Assembly (NCBI GenBank): GCA_963675665.1
Contig: OY776510.1
Coordinates: forward strand, 3,680,001-3,744,000
Length of the DNA stretch: 64,000 nt
Direction of reading: 5' to 3'
Source: Spirochaetia bacterium
Lineage (GTDB): Bacteria; Spirochaetota; Spirochaetia; UBA9216
Under the pieces are notes generated by a model. That model was not told where the DNA came from and searched no databases. It saw only the letters and a list, made by a program, of their open reading frames with translations. Made by a program: the position numbers and the translations under genes. This document shows, piece by piece, positions 51,727 through 60,850 of the stretch; position 1 is the stretch's first letter; each line of letters begins with the position of its first letter.

Positions 51727-54288
51727 ATGATAATATCAAAACACGCTGATCATACTGAAAAGCTATGCGGAATACGAGCCGAAGACATACACAAGTGGAT
51801 TGACGGGTATTTCGACAGACATAGTTTTGAGAATTTTATCGAATACGGCAGAACGCAGGGTTATGATCCGTATAACCACAGGCAGTTCAGACACTGCATT
51901 GAAGCCCTTCCCGAAGCTGTTAAGGAATTTTCCGACAAATACAGCAACAAGGATATTGAGTGCGTATTTAAATGTCACCTGGCTGATGATTATAGCGGAT
52001 ATATTCCCAACCGGGCGGATTTCACCGACGGACGCTTCATAAATAAATACCATGAAACTGCCGAAGAACCCGAAGCTGTTCTCAGCAGGACCGAGCTGGA
52101 AAAATATTTTAAAGGTCTGCATTATAAAAGTGAAGACAGGAACAAACGGCAGGGTCCTTTAAATCGGTTTTTTCTCAGAATAGCGTTGCCGTCAACAGCA
52201 GCTGTCGCTCTGTTTGTCGCCGCAGTATTCCTTTTCATGCTTCCGCAGTTTCATGACAGCCTTATGGCTGAAAAGGAGAACACCCTTGAGGAAATAACAT
52301 CGGTTGCCGTCAGCATACTGGACTACTATGCAGGGCTTGAAGCCTCCGGCGAGCTCTCCAGGGATGAAGCCCAGCGGGCATCCATAGAGGAGATAACCAA
52401 GCTTCGATATGGTCCCGATAATGACAATTACTTCTGGATTACGGACATGACGCCCGTGATGATTATGCATCCGTGGCGCCCTGATCTTATTGGTACCGAC
52501 CTGAGTGATTACAAGGACAGCATGAATCGCAGCGGTAAAAGACTTTTTGTTGAATCCGTAAAACTTGTTAATGAATCGGGAGGCGGCTTCCTTGAATACC
52601 TCTGGCAGCTTGATGAAAACGACAATCGTACTGTCCCGAAACTTTCCCGGGTAGAGGGATTTGCACTTTGGGGATGGATTATCGGAACAGGTATATACGT
52701 TAACGATGTTGAAGATGAAATTTCAGGATTAAGCAGACAGCTTGTAATAATTTTATTTTTAATCTCGGCTGTCCTGACTGTATTTCTTCTATACCTTGCG
52801 CTCCAAAGCCTCAGAATAGAACGTGAACGCAGACAGGCTGAAGCAGGGCTGATTGAAGCCAAGGAAAGGTATAGAGCCCTTGTTGAAGCCTCCAATGAAG
52901 GCTACCTCCTGATAGTGAACGGCTTGAATATCTTTTCAAACCATACCTTCAGGCGCATGACCGGCTTCCAGGAGGAAGAGATTGCCCAACCTGATTTTAC
53001 AAAAAAACTTTTTCCTGAAATAGACACAAACCAAAGAATTAAAAAACTTATTGATGAAATAAGCCGTCCGGGTTCTGCGGAATTTGAAGCCGTTATTGCA
53101 TGCCGAAGCGGTGCACGACTTGATGTTATAGTACGTAAATCCAACATTTTCCTGACAGAGTATAACGGCGTAATAGTCTCTTTCCGGTTGCTTCTTGGCA
53201 ACAGAAATATATTCTCTCCGTTTTTTGCTGCCGACACATCTCAGGCTGATCCTTATATTCTGTTTGATCAACTTGACGAAAGTCTGAACGCCATCAATGC
53301 TGTCCGTATACTGAATCTGCTTCCGGTTGCCGTCAGAACGCTTGTTTCCGACAGGGCCACATCAGAAGACATCCGCATTTTCATTTCAGACATCTATAAA
53401 AAAGGCCTTAAAAAGATTGCTTTTTTTGCTGAACAGGAACTCGGACCGCCTGTCTGTGAATATACTTTTCTGTCGCTGGGCAGCAGCGGCCGCAGCGAAC
53501 TGACTCTTTTTTCCGATCAGGACAATGCTCTTGTATTTCGAAGTGATGCCATTGATCCGGAACCCGTAAGACTTTACTTTCTTAATCTTGCAAACAGGAT
53601 CTGCAGTCTTCTAAACCAGGCGGGATTTCCTTTCTGTCCCGGCGGAATTATGGCGGTAAATCCGGCATATTGCCTTAGCTTGCAGGAATGGAAAAACAGA
53701 TACAAAGAGTGGTTTAACCAGGCGGATAAAATCTCGATTCTGGATATACACGTTTTCTTTGATATCACAACAGGATGGGGCTCCGACAGCCTGGTAAAAG
53801 AATTATACAGCTTTATTTTCTCGCAGAATGGTGTCAGTTCCGAATTCCTTCTTCACTTTGCACGCAACTGTCTTGAATACAAAGCGCCGCAGGGTATTCT
53901 AGGCAGTCTGAAAACTGAAATTCATGACGGGGTTCAGGTAATTAATCTGAAAGAAACCCTGATACCGCTGGTAAATTTCGCCCGCATTTCAGCACTAAGA
54001 GACGGAATAGAAAATCCTTCAACAACAGGCCGGCTTGAAATCTTGTACAGTAGCGGAAAGATTGACCTGGCATCATTTACAGAAATAACCCGTGCATTCG
54101 GAACCCTCTGGAAACTCAGGTTTTCCAATCAGGTTTTTGCCCATGGCGAGCTTAGAAAGGTCAACGATGATCTTGATCCGACGGCTCTCAATGCAAGGGA
54201 TTTAAAAGAACTTAAAGATGCAGTATCGGTAATCGCGGCGGTTCAGTCGCGTCTGAGCTATGAATTTCTCGGCGTGGATCTGTCATAA
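51727..54288 (+). CDS. Membrane sensor nucleotidyltransferase: His-rich N-domain, TM, sCache_2, TM, PAS, DUF294/DUF294_C
   Basis: Cache motifs YFWI..MIMHP..YLW..K..WIIGTGIY; LGSSGRSE..FSDQDNAL NTase motif; CPGGIMA.NP; FFD. Confidence 0.85.
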   Translation: MIISKHADHTEKLCGIRAEDIHKWIDGYFDRHSFENFIEYGRTQGYDPYNHRQFRHCIEALPEAVKEFSDKYSNKDIECVFKCHLADDYSGYIPNRADFTDGRFINKYHETAEEPEAVLSRTELEKYFKGLHYKSEDRNKRQGPLNRFFLRIALPSTAAVALFVAAVFLFMLPQFHDSLMAEKENTLEEITSVAVSILDYYAGLEASGELSRDEAQRASIEEITKLRYGPDNDNYFWITDMTPVMIMHPWRPDLIGTDLSDYKDSMNRSGKRLFVESVKLVNESGGGFLEYLWQLDENDNRTVPKLSRVEGFALWGWIIGTGIYVNDVEDEISGLSRQLVIILFLISAVLTVFLLYLALQSLRIERERRQAEAGLIEAKERYRALVEASNEGYLLIVNGLNIFSNHTFRRMTGFQEEEIAQPDFTKKLFPEIDTNQRIKKLIDEISRPGSAEFEAVIACRSGARLDVIVRKSNIFLTEYNGVIVSFRLLLGNRNIFSPFFAADTSQADPYILFDQLDESLNAINAVRILNLLPVAVRTLVSDRATSEDIRIFISDIYKKGLKKIAFFAEQELGPPVCEYTFLSLGSSGRSELTLFSDQDNALVFRSDAIDPEPVRLYFLNLANRICSLLNQAGFPFCPGGIMAVNPAYCLSLQEWKNRYKEWFNQADKISILDIHVFFDITTGWGSDSLVKELYSFIFSQNGVSSEFLLHFARNCLEYKAPQGILGSLKTEIHDGVQVINLKETLIPLVNFARISALRDGIENPSTTGRLEILYSSGKIDLASFTEITRAFGTLWKLRFSNQVFAHGELRKVNDDLDPTALNARDLKELKDAVSVIAAVQSRLSYEFLGVDLS

Positions 54289-54740
54289 GCAGCAATTTCG
54301 GACAGCAGCAGCGGTGCCGCGATATTTGTAAAAACGCCGGAAGATTTCAACAGCTGGACAGTAACCTCATCCGTACATGCTTTAGGCGTAATGCCCATTT
54401 CTGTAACAGCCCGCGTAAAATCAATATAGACGCTGCGGTATGCATTAATCTCTTCTTTAAGCAGTTTTCTCTTTTTCGGAAAAAAAAGCAGTGTGAATAT
54501 ACCTTCAACAGACAATGTCCCGATCAATACCTGCTGCAGTTTTGAAGGCAGGTCAATATCGTAATGATGGGTCCTTTCCCCCTCAATCAGGCCGGGCAAT
54601 ACTCCCAGATAAAGAATCCGGTCGTCACTGCCTGCCTTGAAGAGGTATCCGCCCTTCTCTGTAAGAATTTCCCTGCTGTTGAATGCGGAAACAAGGGCCG
54701 ACCTCTGCCTGAGATCGGCCTTTTTATTATTAATTACCAG
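54258..54740 (-). CDS. Hypothetical protein downstream of actP (start uncertain)
   Basis: Frame open from 54764; only TTG (54599) or CTG/ATT starts; protein-like composition. Confidence 0.4.
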   Translation of the reverse strand: MVINNKKADLRQRSALVSAFNSREILTEKGGYLFKAGSDDRILYLGVLPGLIEGERTHHYDIDLPSKLQQVLIGTLSVEGIFTLLFFPKKRKLLKEEINAYRSVYIDFTRAVTEMGITPKACTDEVTVQLLKSSGVFTNIAAPLLLSEIAAYDRSTPRNS

Positions 54741-56637
54741 CTGTTTCAGTTTCTTTTTTAACCTGGGTCAGAAGCGATACTATAACCAGGGTCAGCAAAC
54801 TGAGCGGAATTGATATAATACCCGGATTATCAATAGGTATTATCGCCTGCGACGCACTGAGTCCGTAACGCTCAAACATGCTCGGCGACAACAGAATTAT
54901 TCCGATAGCCGAAACCATGCCTACGGCAACTGATGCAGCAATACCCTTTGCAGTTGTTTTCTTCCAGAAAAGAAGCATGATGATAGCCGGAAAGTTGGCT
55001 GAGGCAGCAATTGCAAATGCCCATCCGACAAGAAACGATACATTCATTCCTTTAAAAAGGATACCAAGCAGTATGGCTATAATTCCTACGCTTACGGCAG
55101 CTATCTTTCCGATAATGACCTTTTTCCTGTCGGTCATTTCCACTTTAAAGTATCTGTCTACCAAATCATGTGCAACCGCGCCCGAAGCAGCAACAATCAG
55201 TCCGCTGACCGTTCCAAGGACCGTTGCGAATGCTATTGCGGAGATTATTGAGAACAGTACCTTGCCGAAAGCCTTTGCAAGCAACGGCGCGGCCATATTC
55301 GAACTCTCTACATCAAGAACGCCGTTAGTCATTGCACCTAGACCAATAAACAGGGTAAGTATATAGAAAAATCCTATTGCTATTATAGCAAGAATCGTAG
55401 ATTTCCTGGCATCCCTGGCGCTTGGAACCGTATAGTACCTTATTAATACATGAGGAAGTGCTGATGTGCCGAAGAACAGTGCCAGCATCAGCGAAACAAA
55501 GTTCATCTTGGATACAGGGGTTGCGCCCTTATCTACCTTGAATTTCAAACCGGGTCGAAGGATCTCGCTTCCCGGAGTGGGCTCCTGGTACCAGACGGAA
55601 ACATGACCGTCCTCGTAATCAAAGACATGTTTGGTAAAGCGGATTACAGTGCTGCTTTCGATTGTTGATATATAACTGAACGGGGTCAGAGGCCCTGTTG
55701 CATCAACCTCCTCACCGTCAACGATTATCCTGTCAAGATGCCCTACCGGATAAAAACGCTCTTCCTCTATCGGAGCCCCGTTATACAGCATTCCACTGTC
55801 TTCCAAATCAACAATGCTCAGGGCCTCGGTAAGCTTTCCCTCTTCGGTAAGCATCCACCAGTTGTCATACCCGTTATTGTGAAGCCTGACAAAACTGCCG
55901 ACTGAATCCCTGTATTGTCCGGTTATCTCATACCCGGGTTCGGCTATGGATGTTATATCTTCTCCGGCAGTCACTGCAGTCAATTCTGTAAAATCATGGT
56001 AATCGTCAGAAACATCCTTATCAAATCCTCTTGTTATTAACAGAACGACCAGAACTGTTGAAAAAACTATCAGAAGAGCACCTTTAATAAACTGAACATA
56101 CGTTGTTGATTTCATTCCTGCTGTCGCTACTATAAAAATAACAATGGACCCGACCATTATTACACCTGCATAATGCGGAAGTCCCAAAAGAGGGGTTACA
56201 AGAGCGCCGGCGCCTACCATCTGCGGTATAAGATAGAAGATGGAAACAAGAAGAGTGCTGATTCCGGCCATAAGCTGAATGGCAGGTGAATTGAACCTGG
56301 AATCAAGGGCATCGGTAAAAGTGTACTTTCCAAGTTTTTTCATCGGTTCGGCAACAACAAACAGGGCCATTACCCACCCTGCAAGATAACCTATCGAATA
56401 GAGAAACCCATCGTATCCCGAAAACGCAATCATTCCGCATATACCGAGAAACGATGCTGCAGACAGATAGTCTCCGGCAAAAGCGATACCGTTCACGGAC
56501 CAGGGAATGGTGCCGCCTGCGGCAAAATACCCTTTTGCAGAGCTTGTTTTTCTTGCGGACAGAATTGAAATTGTCAGGACCGAAGCAACAATAGCCAGAA
56601 AGAGAATTATCGGCATTAAAGAAGCGTTATAAATCAT
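54730..56637 (-). CDS. actP: Cation/acetate symporter (SSS family) with large extramembrane insertion
   Basis: NGIAFAGDYLSAASFLG, GMKSTTYVQFIK, GTSALPHVLIRYYTVP, AFATVLGTVSGL, AASANFP. Confidence 0.9.
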   Translation of the reverse strand: MIYNASLMPIILFLAIVASVLTISILSARKTSSAKGYFAAGGTIPWSVNGIAFAGDYLSAASFLGICGMIAFSGYDGFLYSIGYLAGWVMALFVVAEPMKKLGKYTFTDALDSRFNSPAIQLMAGISTLLVSIFYLIPQMVGAGALVTPLLGLPHYAGVIMVGSIVIFIVATAGMKSTTYVQFIKGALLIVFSTVLVVLLITRGFDKDVSDDYHDFTELTAVTAGEDITSIAEPGYEITGQYRDSVGSFVRLHNNGYDNWWMLTEEGKLTEALSIVDLEDSGMLYNGAPIEEERFYPVGHLDRIIVDGEEVDATGPLTPFSYISTIESSTVIRFTKHVFDYEDGHVSVWYQEPTPGSEILRPGLKFKVDKGATPVSKMNFVSLMLALFFGTSALPHVLIRYYTVPSARDARKSTILAIIAIGFFYILTLFIGLGAMTNGVLDVESSNMAAPLLAKAFGKVLFSIISAIAFATVLGTVSGLIVAASGAVAHDLVDRYFKVEMTDRKKVIIGKIAAVSVGIIAILLGILFKGMNVSFLVGWAFAIAASANFPAIIMLLFWKKTTAKGIAASVAVGMVSAIGIILLSPSMFERYGLSASQAIIPIDNPGIISIPLSLLTLVIVSLLTQVKKETETAGN

Positions 56638-56930
56638 TTTTCATCTTCTCCTTCGTCCGATAAAGCATTTAATTCATTTTCTTTTTTCGTACATATTGCG
56701 TTATAGACTATTCCGGCAATTATTGCCAGGATAATAAGTCCGAACCCGTAAGTGACGGCCAGATTCAAGCCCAGAACAACAGAAACCCCCATAAGTTTGG
56801 GAGCTACAGTGTTTATAATGATAAATCCGGCATACACAACAGCATAAGCAATAAACATTCGGATTCCTATTTTCTTTTTAAATTCAGATGCTGGATCTTT
56901 CCCGGCGGGAACGGCAGGTTCGTGCAACAT
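56634..56930 (-). CDS. DUF485 (YjcH-like) small membrane partner of ActP
   Basis: Two TM helices; ATGA overlap with actP; AAGGAG RBS. Confidence 0.85.
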   Translation of the reverse strand: MLHEPAVPAGKDPASEFKKKIGIRMFIAYAVVYAGFIIINTVAPKLMGVSVVLGLNLAVTYGFGLIILAIIAGIVYNAICTKKENELNALSDEGEDEK

Positions 56931-57117
56931 TAAATTCTCCTTTTAATAATGTTTATTAACAATATCATATTAATATGGATAGTCAAGTTTTATACTGTTT
57001 ACAATTTCAAAACGATTTCAAAATGATCATTCAAATTGTATAGCCAAGAAAACTATAATTTTGTATAGTAACCCGCTGATTCTTCAGCTAAAGTTATATA
57101 AATCATGGGAGATTTTA

Positions 57118-57726
57118 ATGTCTACATCACAGACTTACGGAAACCCGGCGCCGTTAGGCCTTCTGGGTTTCGGTTTGACTACAGTTCTGCTTAATATTCA
57201 CAATGCAGGGTTTTATCCTCTTACATCGATGATACTCGGAATGGGAATTTTCGTCGGGGGGCTGGCACAGGTCATTGCCGGTATCCAGGAATGGAAAGTC
57301 AATAATACCTTTGGTGCCACAGCATTCACTTTGTACGGTTTTTTCTGGCTGTCATTTGTTGCACTCAAGGTTTTACCTTCAGAAACAGTTATGTCAGCCG
57401 CTTCCGCTGATATGGGTTTTTATCTGCTTTTGTGGGGGCTGTTCACTCTTTTCATGTTTTTCGGAACACTTAAAATCAGCCGCGCACACCAGACTGTTTT
57501 CATGAGTCTGACTATTCTTTTTTTCCTTCTTGCAATCGCCGATTTTACGGAAAATCATACAATTAAAACAATTGCAGGATTTGAAGGTATTTTCTGCGGA
57601 GCTTCCGCTTTCTACACTGCTGCAGCAATTGTGCTTAACGAGGTGTATGGGAAAACAATCCTGCCGCTTGGAATTGCCGCAGATGTAATCGCAGGCAAAG
57701 CGGAACTTGAAGCAATAGCAATCTGA
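57118..57726 (+). CDS. satP: Acetate/succinate uptake transporter (GPR1/FUN34/YaaH)
   Basis: [11 protein letters not shown] signature, [21 protein letters not shown]. Confidence 0.95.
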   Translation: MSTSQTYGNPAPLGLLGFGLTTVLLNIHNAGFYPLTSMILGMGIFVGGLAQVIAGIQEWKVNNTFGATAFTLYGFFWLSFVALKVLPSETVMSAASADMGFYLLLWGLFTLFMFFGTLKISRAHQTVFMSLTILFFLLAIADFTENHTIKTIAGFEGIFCGASAFYTAAAIVLNEVYGKTILPLGIAADVIAGKAELEAIAI

Positions 57727-57738
57727 TTCTTTCTTCCG

Positions 57739-58752
57739 TCAGGGATATGTCTTCCTGAATCCGGCTACTCTTGAGCCGGCGCCGAGATCAACATCAGATC
57801 GGTCGCCGCGCTTAAGGTAGTGGTAACCCAAACCTGCCACCATGGCGGCATTATCGGTGCACAGCTCCATTAACGGAAAAAACACCTCTATATTATTCTT
57901 TTTTGCAAGCAAAGTTCGTAAATATGAATTAGCCGCGACACCGCCGCCTGCTACAACCCTGTTTATTCCCGTATCACCGACAGCCTTAAAAAGTCTTTTT
58001 GTCAGCATCTTTATGGCCGCCTTCTGAAAAGATGCGGCAATATTCTCCGGAGTTTTTTCGTAACCCTCATTATGAAACTGATCAAGCTGGTTTATAACGG
58101 CAGTTTTCAGACCCGAATATGAAACATCATAACGGTGTTCGCCCTTGTGAAGCGAAGGATCAGGGAAACTGAATGCCGAAGGGTCCCCCTTCGCTGCAAG
58201 CCGGTCTATAAGAAGTCCGCCGGGATAACCGAAGCCGTAATGCTTGGCAACCTTGTCGTATGCTTCACCGCATGCATCATCAATTGTGGTACCCAGAACC
58301 TCTACTTTATCAAATGAGCTTACTACTGATATTATTGTATGGCCTCCTGATACTATAAGACCTATGAAAGGATAATTTATATCATATTCGAGCTGTGCAG
58401 CATACATATGGGCAAGTATATGGTCTATACCGATAAACGGTATACCTGCAGATAAAGAAAGCCCCTTTGCAAATGACAGGCCTACCATTAGCGAACCTAT
58501 CAGGCCGGGTCTGTTGGTTACAGCAATACCGTCTATATCATTCAGTGTTTTGCCGGAAGCATCAATTGCATTCTCGACTACGCTTTTTATCCACTCGGTA
58601 TGAGTTCTTGATGCGATCTCCGGGACAACTCCGTCATAGGGTTTATGAATATCAATCTGTGTTGCGATATTATTGCTCAGGATTTTCTTTCCGTTTTCGA
58701 CCACTGCGGCCGAACACTCATCACATGAACTTTCAATACCCAGAACCAACAT
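57739..58752 (-). CDS. tsaD: tRNA N6-adenosine threonylcarbamoyltransferase
   Basis: LGIESSCDE, GVVPEIASR.H, SGGHT, DDACGEA.DK, SYSGLKT, CTDNAAM. Confidence 0.95.
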   Translation of the reverse strand: MLVLGIESSCDECSAAVVENGKKILSNNIATQIDIHKPYDGVVPEIASRTHTEWIKSVVENAIDASGKTLNDIDGIAVTNRPGLIGSLMVGLSFAKGLSLSAGIPFIGIDHILAHMYAAQLEYDINYPFIGLIVSGGHTIISVVSSFDKVEVLGTTIDDACGEAYDKVAKHYGFGYPGGLLIDRLAAKGDPSAFSFPDPSLHKGEHRYDVSYSGLKTAVINQLDQFHNEGYEKTPENIAASFQKAAIKMLTKRLFKAVGDTGINRVVAGGGVAANSYLRTLLAKKNNIEVFFPLMELCTDNAAMVAGLGYHYLKRGDRSDVDLGAGSRVAGFRKTYP

Positions 58753-58753
58753 T

Positions 58754-59713
58754 TCAGTTTTCGTCCGTAATCGCAGAATTCATTTCAAGATAAAGCTCTG
58801 AAATCTCTTTTAGTGAGAAGCCGTCCTCAATGAAATTCGGGTAAAGTTCCAGCATCAGCTCTGCAAGTTCTCCGGACATGACATGACCAATCATAACAGC
58901 ATGACCGTTCTTTCCGGCTGTTTTTTTCCCTTCGTTTATCGCTTTCTGTATTGATTCATGATCTTTTTCGTTGTCTAAAAACATACTGTTCCTTTTCATA
59001 TATTGTACTTCGTGACTTGCAGCAGACTCTTTTCCAAGACTGTTTGAAACCGTAAAACTGTCGAGGAAAAACAGATTGTTTTCCGACAGGTATTCCATAA
59101 CGGAATTCATAACAGCCGTATCGGTTGTTGCAGCCGATCCCATATGGTTGTTCATGCCATTTGCATCGGGCAGCTGCTTAAAATTATGCGCTAACACAGC
59201 TTTAATCTCTTTATCTGTCATGCCCGTGTATATTGCTGATTTGCCGGGGTCTGCTCCGCCGACAGCTTCCATTGGCTGATGCAGAATATATTCCTTTCCG
59301 GCAGCTTTTATCATTTCGGCACATTCCCTTGTATAACGCCTGTCCGGCATTACAGCAAATGTAACCGGGAACGGAATTTCAAGAAACGCTTTGAGCTGTG
59401 CAATGCTGTTGCCCACATCATCAATAATAAAAACAAGTTCAGGGCTGTAGACTACATCGGGTTTTTCAGGAATTCCTGCCGTATTTTCAATAACACTATC
59501 GGTTTTCCCGTCAGGTATTTCTTCCTGTTTCGGCACAACTTTATCAGTTGGTTCCGCCGTATATTCAAATTCAGAAACCTGATATTCTGCCGATCCTGCA
59601 TTTTTAAGTATTATCAGAATGATGCAGAGCAGAATTATTATAATTCCTATAATAATATAATAGGGTTTAAGCCCCTTGAGACCCAAACCCCTTTTTTTTC
59701 TGTTTTCAGTCAC
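58754..59713 (-). CDS. Divergent polysaccharide deacetylase family protein
   Basis: IIDDVG, LHQPME, MNNHMGS, FLDS, FLDN, IGH motifs; N-terminal TM. Confidence 0.9.
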   Translation of the reverse strand: MTENRKKRGLGLKGLKPYYIIIGIIIILLCIILIILKNAGSAEYQVSEFEYTAEPTDKVVPKQEEIPDGKTDSVIENTAGIPEKPDVVYSPELVFIIDDVGNSIAQLKAFLEIPFPVTFAVMPDRRYTRECAEMIKAAGKEYILHQPMEAVGGADPGKSAIYTGMTDKEIKAVLAHNFKQLPDANGMNNHMGSAATTDTAVMNSVMEYLSENNLFFLDSFTVSNSLGKESAASHEVQYMKRNSMFLDNEKDHESIQKAINEGKKTAGKNGHAVMIGHVMSGELAELMLELYPNFIEDGFSLKEISELYLEMNSAITDEN

Positions 59714-59763
59714 AGACTAAAAAATATTACTAATATCATCTTTGGTCAACTGTAATACGGTAT

Positions 59764-60603
59764 CTATCCCGTATAAACATACTCTCTAAGCTTTTCTGAT
59801 TCCTTGCTCAATTTTTTCAGGGCCCGCATTTCAATCTGTCGTACAGTTTCGGGAGAAATACCGAATTTGTCACCGATTTTTTTTAATGTATATTTCTTTC
59901 CGTCATAAAAAGAATACCGGTACAGAAGTACCTGTTTTTCCTTTTCTGCAAGTATATTCATGGTTTTCAGCGTATCCGCACGCATAAACTTGTTAAATAC
60001 TGCTGTTGCAGGTTCAAAAGATTTGTCCTCAAACATGGTTATCAATGTTCCCGCATCATCGTTTATCTCGGCATCAAGCGATACGATGTCCCCGCTCATT
60101 TGCATAATAGTTGTAAGCTCATCCTCATCAATATTCAGTTCTTTGGCTATTTCGCTTATTTTGGGCTCGCGCATGTAGACCTGACTGAGAGAATAATACG
60201 CCTGTTTGATTTTTCTGATTATTTCTTCTTTTCTGTGCGGCAACCTTATAGGGCGTCGCTTATTCGATATGGCACGTACAATAGCTTGACGTATCCACCA
60301 GGCTGCATATGTGGAAAAACGTACATTCTTCCTGTAATCATATTTCTCTGCGGCTTTCATAAGACCAAGATTTCCTTCCTGAATTACATCAAGGAAACTC
60401 ATCTCTTTGCTTACATACGGCTTCGCGATTTTTACAACCAGGCGTAAATTGGATTCAACCAGAATTTTCTGGGCATCCCTGTCTCCCGACTGTATTTTTT
60501 TTGACAATTCTATTTCCTGATCAAAATCAAGGAGCGGATACTTCTGTATCTGTCTGAAATATGATTTTATGGCACTGTCCTGAACTACTGCTCTATTTGA
60601 CAT
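59764..60603 (-). CDS. rpoS: Group 2 sigma-70 factor, RpoS-like
   Basis: Regions 1.2-4 without 1.1 (SNLRLVVKIAK, QEGNLGL, FSTYAAWWIRQ, ETVRQIE); sigma54 promoter and Borrelia-like synteny support the rpoS name. Confidence 0.7.
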   Translation of the reverse strand: MSNRAVVQDSAIKSYFRQIQKYPLLDFDQEIELSKKIQSGDRDAQKILVESNLRLVVKIAKPYVSKEMSFLDVIQEGNLGLMKAAEKYDYRKNVRFSTYAAWWIRQAIVRAISNKRRPIRLPHRKEEIIRKIKQAYYSLSQVYMREPKISEIAKELNIDEDELTTIMQMSGDIVSLDAEINDDAGTLITMFEDKSFEPATAVFNKFMRADTLKTMNILAEKEKQVLLYRYSFYDGKKYTLKKIGDKFGISPETVRQIEMRALKKLSKESEKLREYVYTG

Positions 60604-60625
60604 ACATATCACCTCATAATAGAGA

Positions 60626-60641
60626 TGCAAAATACGTGCCA
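60626..60641 (-). promoter_or_regulatory. Sigma54 (-24/-12) promoter
   Basis: TGGCACG-TATT-TTGCA, exact consensus, 22 bp upstream of the ATG; GAGGTG RBS between. Confidence 0.85.
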
Positions 60642-60850
60642 AGAAGAATAATTTGTTTATGTATTCAATTATTTCTATACTGGATAAAGATTTATATAAT
60701 ACTCAACAAATATGTAGGTGTTTTTACTTTGAATTTGTATACTTTTTTATACGTCTCTTATTAATAAAACTGTACAGTTTGACAATTAATATAACACTTA
60801 ACAATTATTTTTCAGCGATTTTTTATATTTTTAAATAATTATTGTCCTTT

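Noticed and set aside
53400-54288. DUF294/DUF294_C as an MNT-HEPN toxin-antitoxin or CBASS cyclase
   Set aside because: Motifs and context fit the GlnD/GlnE-like DUF294 family; no effector or defence genes nearby
54750-54762. Programmed -1 frameshift at the A6 run ending actP
   Set aside because: The downstream open frame is +1 and the run is not a canonical in-frame slippery heptamer
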